64,000 bases of DNA, from positions 608,001 through 672,000 of the forward strand of contig JAWAKK010000001.1 in the NCBI GenBank assembly GCA_038887515.1. Reading direction: 5' to 3'. Of this stretch, positions 1 through 8,817 are shown piece by piece; position 1 is the stretch's first letter; every line of letters starts with the position of its first letter. The notes beneath the pieces are model-generated. The model was not told the DNA's origin. It did not search any database and saw nothing but the letters and a program-made list of their open reading frames with translations. Made by a program: the position numbers and the translations under genes. The stretch is from Candidatus Nezhaarchaeales archaeon (GTDB lineage: Archaea > Thermoproteota > Methanomethylicia > Nezhaarchaeales > WYZ-LMO8).

Positions 1-1
1 T

Positions 2-391
2 AACGGGGTCGTCCATGACTACCTGCTTAAGCGCGGCGAGGAGTATGCGGTTGTTGAAATTAAGAGTGCTGAGTTTAGAGGGAAGCGCGGCGAAGCCATG
101 TACCCCGACTGTCCTACGCTTAGGGGTAGAAAGCACATAGCCAATTTGATAAGGCTTTCAAGAGAAAGTAGTTTAAAAGCCTACCTAATATTCATAGCAG
201 CAATGCCTAAGCCTAGGTGCTTCATGCCTTTTAGGGAGGCCGACCCAGTAGTCGATAAGCTTGTTAGGGAGGCTTTGAAGAGCGAGGTTGAAGTGAGGTC
301 TATAGCCGTTTTCATGGATTATTGCGGCCGCGTATACCTCGAGAACCCTGACTTACCGGTATGTACTGAGTGGTTAAGGATTGAAGTATAA
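2..391 (+). CDS. sfsA: SfsA-family nuclease, 5'-truncated by the window edge
   Basis: Frame open from base 2: HDYLL..VVEIKSA..MYPDCPTLRGRKHIANL..PFREADP, matching SfsA EVKS, PDxxTxRGxKH and DP motifs. Confidence 0.8.
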   Translation, partial: NGVVHDYLLKRGEEYAVVEIKSAEFRGKRGEAMYPDCPTLRGRKHIANLIRLSRESSLKAYLIFIAAMPKPRCFMPFREADPVVDKLVREALKSEVEVRSIAVFMDYCGRVYLENPDLPVCTEWLRIEV

Positions 392-582
392 ATTAGCGGT
401 TACGGGAGAAAAGTATACAGTGATCTGTTCCCTTGAGCTTGAAAAGTCATGCTACAATCATATCAAGGCACGGTACTGACCGACGATAGAAAGGCGAATT
501 CCTTTACGTTTAGGAGTAGCTAAATTTACATAGGAGAAAGGCGAATCTCCTTAAGGAAAGTACGTATCTTAGGGTTTCATCG

Positions 583-1143
583 ATGAAGTTCTTAGGGATA
601 GACCTCGCTGCCAGTAATAAGAGGCCTTCAGGCTACTGCATCCTCCATTCCAAAGACTTGCTCTGTGAAACGGGCGTTGTAAGAAGCGATGAGGAGATAA
701 TGGAATTAGCGTTGAAAACTTGGCCTAAGGTCATAGCGATAGACTCTCCATTATCTCGCGCGCTTAGAGGGTGTCCCTTTAGAGGGTGCGACTTAGAAGC
801 TAGAAAAAGAGGGTTCATGGTATTGCCACTAAGTATGCCAAGCATGACGAGGCTAACCGAGAGAGGAATTAAATTAAAAGAAAGTCTAGGAAAAGCTGGC
901 TTTAACGTCATAGAGGTCTTCCCTACGGGGGGCTTTAAGGCTCTAGGCATAAAGCCGCCTAAAAGGGGGTTTGAAGAAGCCGTAGCTGGACTAAAAGGTC
1001 TTGGATTAAAGATTTGTAGTGTGAGGAGCGTTCACGAACTTGACGCAGTGATGGCAGCTTATACGGCCTACAAGTACTTTAAAGGAGAGGTTGAGGTGCT
1101 AGGCAACGTCAAGGAAGGCTTCATAGTGATCCCCAAGAAGTAA
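583..1143 (+). CDS. DUF429-family predicted RNase H-fold nuclease
   Basis: GIDLA, IAIDSPLS, RxCD, IEVFP and HELDAVMAA motifs. Confidence 0.8.
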   Translation: MKFLGIDLAASNKRPSGYCILHSKDLLCETGVVRSDEEIMELALKTWPKVIAIDSPLSRALRGCPFRGCDLEARKRGFMVLPLSMPSMTRLTERGIKLKESLGKAGFNVIEVFPTGGFKALGIKPPKRGFEEAVAGLKGLGLKICSVRSVHELDAVMAAYTAYKYFKGEVEVLGNVKEGFIVIPKK

Positions 1144-1224
1144 TATGAAGTATGCGGTTTGAGGATGAAGCCCTAGCTTAGTTGACGTAACATTAAAGCG
1201 AAATACCTTTTAACCCGCAGAGAA

Positions 1225-1392
1225 ATGATACAGAAGGGTAGAAAATTATTGTCTACATCTGTTTTGAACGTTAAACCTCCAGTTGAAGGTAGAAAGATGT
1301 TGTGCCCTTACTGTGGGTGCTACGTGGATTTAAGCGAGTACTACGCAGCTCACTATAATCGTCGATGTTTGAACCGTAAGCGCAATAATTAA
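1225..1392 (+). CDS. Small zinc-finger protein (55 aa or shorter; not in ORF track)
   Basis: Manual translation ...MLCPYCGCYVDLSEYYAAHYNRRCLNRKRNN*, with a CxxC-x12-H-x4-C pattern; start uncertain (1225, 1249 or 1297). Confidence 0.5.
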   Translation: MIQKGRKLLSTSVLNVKPPVEGRKMLCPYCGCYVDLSEYYAAHYNRRCLNRKRNN

Positions 1393-1432
1393 GCTAAAGA
1401 ATTTGTAGCAGCACAAATAGTAGTGCGAAGCG

Positions 1433-2077
1433 GTGCGCCCTATGAGCTTACAAAGGGTCGTTAACTTGGTGGAAACACTAATTTTGAGCTCTGCCCTAGG
1501 ACCTTCCCCTAAGTTTGATGAATCTCACATAATTAAGCTGTTCATGTCCCTCCTTAAAGAGGGGGCCATTGGTAGGATTAAGTTATCGAAAATCCTATCA
1601 TTGGGAGAGGGATCTACTAGAACTTTAATCTCGAAGATGAGGAAGCTAGGCTTAATAGAGGAAACGAAGAGGGGATGTTCCTTAACAAGCCTTGGAAAGG
1701 AGATTGCTGATATTCTGACCTCTAAAATACCTTTAACATGTGAGGTCCCAATTAACGACTTCGGTATAGGAGGTAAAGGTGTCGGGGTCCTGATAAGGGG
1801 GGCCCCGGCAAGGATTGATGTGGTTAAGCTCAGAGACGAAGCAGTAAAGAGGGGTGCAAAGGCTCTTATAACATTAATTTTGATTGATGGTAAGCTAATC
1901 ATGCCCGTTCTAGAGGAAGATGTCGTAAGTAAGTGGCCTAAAACTGCCCGCTCCATATTAGAGACGTTTAACCCAATGGATGGAGATGCAGTCCTAATAA
2001 GCATAGCCGACGACTACTTAAGCGCTGAAAAGGGGGCACTGATAGCTGCTTGGAACCTAGCCTTTAAGTGGACTTAG
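1433..2077 (+). CDS. Winged-HTH protein with DUF4443-like C-terminal domain (putative regulator)
   Basis: IGRIKLSKILSLGEGSTRTL wHTH; LRDEAVKRGA..ALI C-terminal motif. Confidence 0.7.
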   Translation: MRPMSLQRVVNLVETLILSSALGPSPKFDESHIIKLFMSLLKEGAIGRIKLSKILSLGEGSTRTLISKMRKLGLIEETKRGCSLTSLGKEIADILTSKIPLTCEVPINDFGIGGKGVGVLIRGAPARIDVVKLRDEAVKRGAKALITLILIDGKLIMPVLEEDVVSKWPKTARSILETFNPMDGDAVLISIADDYLSAEKGALIAAWNLAFKWT

Positions 2078-2386
2078 TGCTAAATCATAGCTCATCGAGC
2101 TGATTAATGAACCTTAAGGTTAACGAGCCTAAGAAAATCCTCTACACTAGAGCCTCGTAGCTTAATGGTAAATTTGGTGGAGGGATTTTAATAGTGACCT
2201 ACAATATAAATATATAGGGGCTAAGAGCTTTGTTAAAAACGTTGGACTTATAGAATTAAGGCTTCCTAACCAACTGTCGTCTACATATCTTACAAAGCCC
2301 GTGGCCTAAATGACAGGAGGAGCATATGTGCCTCTGGCAGCGCCTGCAGATTAAATGAGCTACCCTGCTTCTACATATTTCACATA

Positions 2387-3181
2387 TCATTTTCCTCTAA
2401 GGTCCCTTTCAACTACTTCAGCTATTTTCTTCCCAGAAAGTAGCATTGAGCCGAATATTGGCCCCATCCTAGGGAGGCCGTAAACTGCAGCTACGGCCAT
2501 TCCTGCTACGTAGAGGCCGTCTATTACCTTCCCCGTCTTCTCCACGACTAGTTGTTCCGAGATTTCGCTATAAGCTGACCTCTCTCCTACGAGGGTTATT
2601 GATGCGTTGGGTATCTTCCTAGAAGCCACGGTCACGACCTCGGCATCGTGGCCCGTAGCATCTATTACTGCCCTAGATCTAATGAACATTGGGTCTACGT
2701 GGAGCCCAGCTATTTGAACTGCACTCCACTGAACGCTTACACCTTCAATCCTCAAAGGGTTATCCCTATATATTACATCGTCCACGCTGAGGCCAAGTAT
2801 CACTTTAGCCCCTGCATCAATTGCACCTGAAGCTAACTTAGCGAGCATCTCGGCTGCATCCGTTATATAGACCCCACTACCCACAGGAGTCAGTTTACAA
2901 CCGACCTCCCTCAATATTTGATCGGCCGGCTCTCCCAGCAACACCTTGTGGAATAGCATGCCACCTCCCCCTATGCCGCCACCGAAGCTCAATCTCCTCT
3001 CCAAAAGCACAACTTTGAAGCCTCTCTTCGCTAAGTACCTCGCTGCCGTCATACCTGATGGTCCTGCTCCAACAATTACAACGTCAACCTTTGATATCTC
3101 AATCCAATCCTTGCAGGCGTTCTCAACTATTATTCTGGTAATCTCGTTCTCGGGCAAGCTCTTTACGATCATGTACACCAA
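2387..3181 (-). CDS. thi4: Thiazole synthase Thi4, His (sulfide-dependent) type
   Basis: [22 protein letters not shown] (His in place of the suicide Cys), [19 protein letters not shown]. Confidence 0.95.
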   Translation of the reverse strand: MVYMIVKSLPENEITRIIVENACKDWIEISKVDVVIVGAGPSGMTAARYLAKRGFKVVLLERRLSFGGGIGGGGMLFHKVLLGEPADQILREVGCKLTPVGSGVYITDAAEMLAKLASGAIDAGAKVILGLSVDDVIYRDNPLRIEGVSVQWSAVQIAGLHVDPMFIRSRAVIDATGHDAEVVTVASRKIPNASITLVGERSAYSEISEQLVVEKTGKVIDGLYVAGMAVAAVYGLPRMGPIFGSMLLSGKKIAEVVERDLRGK

Positions 3182-3242
3182 CCCCTAAAGAAGTTGGGCA
3201 TGAGTATTTCTAAGCTAGACTAGGTTTAAATCGTTTAAGGAT

Positions 3243-4739
3243 CTATTTAAGGAGCGTTTTAAGTGACTCTTCGACCTCCTTGACGAAGCGTTCCCCCCGC
3301 TCCTCAGCTTTAGTAATTAACGAAGATGCCAGTAGGGTCAGTGTTGCAGCTAAGAGACCCCATACTCCCGGGTCGAATTGTAATACGTTCTGTATCCACG
3401 AGGTTAACTGACCGAGTTGTAGCGCGTAGCGTGAAAAGGTCAATACCCCGGTTACGGTTATGCCTGCTACTATGCTAGCATACGCTGAAACCTTGTTTGC
3501 CCGTCTCCACACCAAAGCAGCTATGAAGGTTGGGACAAGCTGTAGAAGCCAGCTTGAAGATGTAACTGCAAGATCCACTATAAAGCCCTTAGTGAAGGAG
3601 AAGGATAAAGTCGCTAGCGCTATAATTACCATGAAGACCCTACCAACCAATAGGGCTTTACTCTCATCGAACTTCGGCCTTACCGCCTTCACGACGTTCA
3701 CCGCGAACTCGGAGCTCAGCGTTAGCATTATCGAGTCAAGGGTCGATATGCTGGCAGCAAGTATCCCCAGAACCGCTATTAGTGCTATAGGCTCCCATAC
3801 CATCGTTAGGAGGGTGGGTGTAACCATATTTTGATCTTTGACTCCAGGAACCACTATATGAGCTACGAGACCAAGTAAGGTCACAATCACCGTGTAAGCG
3901 AAGCCGAAGACTAGAAAGCCTCCAATCATGTTTCTAAGGGATCTAACAGATTTTGGTACGTAGAACCTTTGAACCACTTGAGGGTTCGATATACAAAAGA
4001 AGAACCATGGAATAGTCATGCTAACGAAAGTCGGAAGTGTAAACTTATTGTGGGGCCCTGGAACGCCCAGTATCTCTACGTCCTGGGCCAGCTTATCGAA
4101 AACCGCTCCTATACCTCCAGCTAGCTGGAAGACCGCTAATAGCATTACGATAGACGACACTAACATAACGATAGCTTGTAAAGCGTCAGTCCAAGCGACG
4201 GCTCTCATGCCACCCCAGAGCGTGTACGCAAAGGCTACAACAATCACTAGTGTTGCACCAAACTCAAACGGTAAGGCGTTATTGGTTAATCCACTAACAA
4301 GAACCCCCACACCTATTAACTGGGCTGCCATGTATGGTATCAAGAAGACGTGATAGAGGACGGCGACTATCATTCCAAGTAACGGACTTCCATACCTCTC
4401 TGCAAGTAGCTGAGCCGGCGTTACAAGGTTCCACTTTCTACTGGCAACGTAAAACCTCAAACTAAGCAAGACCGCTAACATTAAACCCATTAAGTATATG
4501 AGTTCGAACCCTAAAGCCCCAACACCGTGTATTGCCGTTAATCCAACGAGGCCAACCATCATGAAAGCGCTGTATGTTGTAGCTGAATACGTCATTGCGG
4601 CAATGAAGCTCCCTATCTTTCTTCCGGCTATAAAGTACTCCTCAATAGTTTTTTCAGTCCTCATCTTGCCTTGGTGAGCTATGAAGAAACATACGGCAAA
4701 GAACGTTATAATTGAGACCAAGACAAGTAGAGGGTCCAT
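3243..4739 (-). CDS. Sodium:solute symporter (SSS, PanF/PutP-like)
   Basis: EYFIAGR, GGMRAVAWTD and AASISTLDS motifs; about 13 hydrophobic segments. Confidence 0.9.
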   Translation of the reverse strand: MDPLLVLVSIITFFAVCFFIAHQGKMRTEKTIEEYFIAGRKIGSFIAAMTYSATTYSAFMMVGLVGLTAIHGVGALGFELIYLMGLMLAVLLSLRFYVASRKWNLVTPAQLLAERYGSPLLGMIVAVLYHVFLIPYMAAQLIGVGVLVSGLTNNALPFEFGATLVIVVAFAYTLWGGMRAVAWTDALQAIVMLVSSIVMLLAVFQLAGGIGAVFDKLAQDVEILGVPGPHNKFTLPTFVSMTIPWFFFCISNPQVVQRFYVPKSVRSLRNMIGGFLVFGFAYTVIVTLLGLVAHIVVPGVKDQNMVTPTLLTMVWEPIALIAVLGILAASISTLDSIMLTLSSEFAVNVVKAVRPKFDESKALLVGRVFMVIIALATLSFSFTKGFIVDLAVTSSSWLLQLVPTFIAALVWRRANKVSAYASIVAGITVTGVLTFSRYALQLGQLTSWIQNVLQFDPGVWGLLAATLTLLASSLITKAEERGERFVKEVEESLKTLLK

Positions 4740-4741
4740 TT

Positions 4742-4918
4742 CTAGGCCCTCCAGCTCTTCATAGTATAAAACATCAACGCTATGGCAGCCAGTGCATCAA
4801 TACACCAGAAGAGGTACGTAAACCACATAAGTTCTGGGGATCTTAAGGCAGTGTATGGAACTACGTAGGCTAGTAGCAGTAGGACTATGAAGTAGATGAT
4901 CGTTGAACGGTATTTCAT
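4742..4918 (-). CDS. Small two-TM accessory protein of the SSS transporter (58 aa; not in ORF track)
   Basis: MKYRSTIIYFIVLLLLAYVVPY..FTYLFWCIDALAAIALMFYTMKSWRA*; stop lies 2 nt before the SSS start; small upstream partners are typical of SSS genes. Confidence 0.75.
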   Translation of the reverse strand: MKYRSTIIYFIVLLLLAYVVPYTALRSPELMWFTYLFWCIDALAAIALMFYTMKSWRA

Positions 4919-4951
4919 TTCTCTTCGAATTTCTTCTAATTCGAAGAGAAA
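4918..4951. promoter_or_regulatory. Perfect inverted repeat, candidate operator in a divergent promoter
   Basis: TTTCTCTTCGAATT-n6-AATTCGAAGAGAAA, directly followed by TATA-like elements at 4952-4971. Confidence 0.7.
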
Positions 4952-4986
4952 ATATATAAGTTTTTTTATAAAATTTCTCTTTAGAA

Positions 4987-5961
4987 ATGGCTGAAGAGAC
5001 GATACTAAGACTATTGAGGGAAAGGGGTAGTAGAGGGGCCCTTCAATCCGAGATACCTGAATCTACAGGCTTTTCGAAATCGACGATATCCTACTTCTTA
5101 TCGAAACTTGAAGGCGAGGGGATTATTGTTAGGAGAAGGGTTCCCGGCTCCGGCTTTAGAGTTTGGCTAAAAAGTTCGGAGTCCTCGAGTAAGCTCGTAA
5201 GGGTTGGTATTGTAAGAGCCGCCGAGTACCCGTTTATCTTTGACTTCAAGTCTATGCTTGAAGAGAGGGGTTTAGGAGTTTACGTGAAGGTTTACGATGA
5301 TGGAGTAGCAGTCATGAGCGACTTAGTTAAAGGAAAGATAGATGCCGGGTTTTCGCCTTTCATAACTCAGCTGATCTTCTATGCCTCCTCTAGGAGGAAA
5401 TTTAGGATTGTAGCGCTGGGAGTTAGCGGTGGTGGAAACATAGTTTTGAGGAGAGGAGTTGAGCTAAGCGAAGTTAAAAGGACGGGCTCGACGCTTGCTT
5501 CAACGATGGACGTTTGCCTAACAGCATACTTGAGGAAGGAAGGCCTCAGCGATGTTGAGGTCGTTTACTTTGAAAGCCCACAAAGCATGGTTAAAGCGTT
5601 AGAGGAGGGAGTAGTTCAGATGCTAAGTATATGGGAACCCTATGCAAGCGTGCTGGAGTCGAAGGGCCACAAAAGGATCATTAGGTTCAGCGATTACCTA
5701 GGTTTATACCCATGTTGCATGTTGGCCGTAAATCCAGTAGACGAAGAGCTCGTAGATCTAATAATCGATGGCTTCGCAAGTTCCTTGTCGAAGAGGAACT
5801 ACGAGGACCACGCCGTTAAGCTGGGCGATCTGATAAACGTGGAGCCAAGCATTGTGCGGAAGAGCATCTCAGAATACACGTTTCATCCCAAGTTCGAGGT
5901 TAAAGATGTCAGTAGGTACTTAAAGGCTGTCGGCCTTGAAGCGACACTTCCATGGATATAA
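4987..5961 (+). CDS. wHTH regulator fused to a type-2 periplasmic-binding-fold (NitT/TauT/NMT1-like) domain
   Basis: ALQSEIPESTGFSKSTISYFLSKLE HTH; GKIDAGFSP, IWEPY and YPCCMLA resemble SsuA/NrtA motifs; no signal peptide. Confidence 0.75.
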   Translation: MAEETILRLLRERGSRGALQSEIPESTGFSKSTISYFLSKLEGEGIIVRRRVPGSGFRVWLKSSESSSKLVRVGIVRAAEYPFIFDFKSMLEERGLGVYVKVYDDGVAVMSDLVKGKIDAGFSPFITQLIFYASSRRKFRIVALGVSGGGNIVLRRGVELSEVKRTGSTLASTMDVCLTAYLRKEGLSDVEVVYFESPQSMVKALEEGVVQMLSIWEPYASVLESKGHKRIIRFSDYLGLYPCCMLAVNPVDEELVDLIIDGFASSLSKRNYEDHAVKLGDLINVEPSIVRKSISEYTFHPKFEVKDVSRYLKAVGLEATLPWI

Positions 5962-6149
5962 GTGGTTAAGTTTTTGTAAAGCAGAGTAGGAGCTTGTTGT
6001 TCATAGCAAGTCTCTAACTTTCTAGCGCGCTGATGACCTAACTCGTCCTCAGGTTCAATATCATCTAATAGTTGGCTTGAAAGATGGTTATGCTCTTTAG
6101 TTGTTGAAGTCGACTAGAAATAAATATCTTTTAACCTTAAACTCTACAA

Positions 6150-6833
6150 TTGATGGATATGCCTCTTTTAATTGAGGCTAAGAATATTTACGAAGGATGG
6201 TTTAAGGCAGTCTTAGCTGTACTAAATCATGGATCTTGGACTGCAAAGGAGGATTCTAAGATCCTAGAGGTGGAAGACTTAATTCTCCATATAGGGGACC
6301 TGTCGAAACCTACAAGGCACCCAGAAGTTCTCGAAAAGATAGGGTGCCTAAGTCCTACTCAACTAGAAGCTTACGTTAAGCAGTTTACGTCGTCAGACAA
6401 AATGGGCTTCGCTTACACCTATGGCGAGAGACTGAGAGCCTACGCGTGCCCAAGGTGTGGTGCAACGTTCGACCAAGTATCATTCGTCAAGGAAAAGCTA
6501 TCGAAATTTCCGAATACGAATCAAGCGGTAGTTGTATTATACAATCCATTAAGAGATTCGGATAGCACCAAGCATGGCGATCCACCGTGCTGGAACTGGG
6601 CTCAATTTAGGCTAAGAAAGAAAGAGCTACACGTTACAGCCGTCTTTAGGAGCCACGATTATGCCAAAGCTCTTTATCCAAACCTCTATGCGATAGCGAC
6701 ATTAGCGGAGGAACTTTACCCAAAAGGTACCAGAAAGCTTACGCTACTGTCTGCTAGCGCTCACATATATGAAGCCGATTACAAGATTGTCGAGAAACAC
6801 GTATCCCCCTTCAGGTTGCTGTACAGAGTTTAA
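6150..6833 (+). CDS. thyA: Archaeal thymidylate synthase-family protein
   Basis: YTYGERL, DQV, PPC (catalytic Cys), FRSHD, SAHIYE. Confidence 0.8.
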   Translation: MMDMPLLIEAKNIYEGWFKAVLAVLNHGSWTAKEDSKILEVEDLILHIGDLSKPTRHPEVLEKIGCLSPTQLEAYVKQFTSSDKMGFAYTYGERLRAYACPRCGATFDQVSFVKEKLSKFPNTNQAVVVLYNPLRDSDSTKHGDPPCWNWAQFRLRKKELHVTAVFRSHDYAKALYPNLYAIATLAEELYPKGTRKLTLLSASAHIYEADYKIVEKHVSPFRLLYRV

Positions 6834-6911
6834 GGTATTATGTACGGTAACACTCACTTACTTGCAATGCTTATATGCCTCATCGTCGCATAGCTCTAAC
6901 GGTGTCGAGAT

Positions 6912-7682
6912 TTGAAAGCTTTAAAGCTAGCCGAGCTCTCTTGGGTTGAGCTTAGGGAGCTACTAGACAAGGGACTCGATACGGTCTTTATCCCCGTCGG
7001 AACCATTGAAGCCCACGGCAAGCACTTGCCACTAGGTACTGACATTTACATCCCCGACAAGATAGCTGAAGTCCTATGCTCAAAGGTTGGCGGGGTACTG
7101 GCTCCGACGATTCCCTATGGAGTTACAAGAAGCATGATCGGATACCCAGGCTCGCTTACCTTGACGCCGGAGACCTTTAAGTCTATGATCAAGGAACTAG
7201 CAGTATCATTTGGCAGAAAAGGCTTTAAGTACATCATCTTCGTTAACGGACATGGAGGGAACACAGAACTGATAAAGGAAGCCATTAGGGAAGCTTACGC
7301 GGAAGCTGGCGTGAAGGGTATGGTGATTGATTGGTGGCTTGCGGCCAAAAACGTTATCGATAAGTACTATCCTGTAGGTCAAGGGCACGCATTGGCTGAA
7401 GAGACAGCAGCTCTAATAGCTTCTAGAGCCGACCTCCTTAAGAAAGACCTCTACGATGAGGACGAGTACGTTCTGTATCAAGAAGGTCTCTGGGCCTACC
7501 CCCTCCCAGCTTCAGCATTGGCTTACAAGAATGAGAAGCCAAAAATCGATTTTGATGAAGAGAAGGCTAAGAGGTTCCTCGATGAGGTCTGCGATTATCT
7601 AGCTAAAGAGGTCGAGAGCGTAATAGAGAGGTGGAGGAGAGGTATTGACGCCATCGAAAGGAGGCTTGGGAAGTTAAGCTAA
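6912..7682 (+). CDS. Creatininase/ArfB-family amidohydrolase
   Basis: PVGTIEAHGKHLPLGTD, NGHGGN, HALAEET. Confidence 0.9.
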   Translation: MKALKLAELSWVELRELLDKGLDTVFIPVGTIEAHGKHLPLGTDIYIPDKIAEVLCSKVGGVLAPTIPYGVTRSMIGYPGSLTLTPETFKSMIKELAVSFGRKGFKYIIFVNGHGGNTELIKEAIREAYAEAGVKGMVIDWWLAAKNVIDKYYPVGQGHALAEETAALIASRADLLKKDLYDEDEYVLYQEGLWAYPLPASALAYKNEKPKIDFDEEKAKRFLDEVCDYLAKEVESVIERWRRGIDAIERRLGKLS

Positions 7683-7801
7683 CAACTCGCTTTCTTTAGC
7701 ATGGTGAGCTAGTAGACTTACTGATTTTCAAGCCTTTACCTCACAAAACCATGGAAAGGCATTTAGCTTTTAAAACGTAGACCTATCGTAGGTGAGGTTG
7801 A

Positions 7802-8800
7802 TTGCACGAGACCCTCATCTTAACTGACGACGATGTTAAAGGGCTTCTTTAGATGCGTGAAGTCATCAGTGCTGTGGAGTCAGCATTTAGAGAGAAGTGT
7901 CTTGGTAGGGTTCAAATGCCCCCAAAGGTTTACTTATTCTACAGAAAGCACGATGGTGACTTAAGGGTCATGCCCTCTTACCTCGAAGATCTCGAAGTCT
8001 CTGCGGTCAAAATCGTGAACTCTCATCCGCGAAATTGGATTACGTATAGTTTACCGACGGTCATGGCCATCGTTGTACTCGTAGATCCAAAGTCGGGTTT
8101 TCCTCTATCAATCATGAGTGGAAGCTGGTTGACGGCCATGAGGACCGGCGCAGCAGGCAGCATAGCAGTTAAGTACCTTGCTCGCAACGATTCTGAAATT
8201 ATTTGCTTCATAGGCGCCGGCACTCAAGCTAGAACTCAGCTCATGGCTATCAACATTGTCCTAAAGAGCTTAAAACACCTTAAGATCTACGATGTAAGAG
8301 AGGAGGCGGCCAAAGCTTTTGCTGACTACGCAGCAAATACAGTTAAAGGAGTGAAAATTGATGTATGCAGGAGCCCAAAAGAAGCCGTCGAGGGTACCGA
8401 TATAATTGTTACAGCAACGCCCTCTCGCGAGCCAGTAGTCATGGATCGTTGGGTAAAAGAAGGGTGCCACTTCAACTGTATAGGCGCCGATGCGCCCGGC
8501 AAAGAAGAAATAAATCCTAATATACTTTTAAGGGCAAAAGTCGTGGTCGACGATGTTGAACAAGCAGTTCACAGCGGCGAGATCAATGTGCCCATAGCTA
8601 AAGGAATACTTAGGGAAGGCCAAATTTACGGTGAGCTTGGAGAGCTAGTTGCTGGGATAAAGAAGGGTAGAGAAAGACGTGAAGAAATAACAGTATTTGT
8701 GTCGACGGGGCTAGCGATACAGGACGCCGTTACGGCTAGGCTCGTCTACGAGAAGGCAGTATCGAGGGGTGTAGGGACTAGGCTTAGGTTAGTAATGTAG
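7802..8800 (+). CDS. ala: Alanine dehydrogenase (ornithine cyclodeaminase/mu-crystallin family) with in-frame TAG at 7850-7852
   Basis: MPPKVYL, GDLRVMP, KIVNSHP, TAMRTGAAG, GAGTQA, STGLAIQD; SD GGTGAGG at 7791 precedes TTG 7802. Confidence 0.85.
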
Positions 8801-8817
8801 TTGGGCAACTAAAGCGT

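Noticed and set aside
2298-2375. GC-richer hairpin-forming stretch downstream of thi4 (possible TPP riboswitch or H/ACA RNA)
   Set aside because: It lacks the TPP aptamer core, lies 3' of the gene and shows no clear K-turn
6028-6066. TGATGA and CTGA motifs suggesting a C/D sRNA
   Set aside because: The boxes are not in the right order or spacing on one strand
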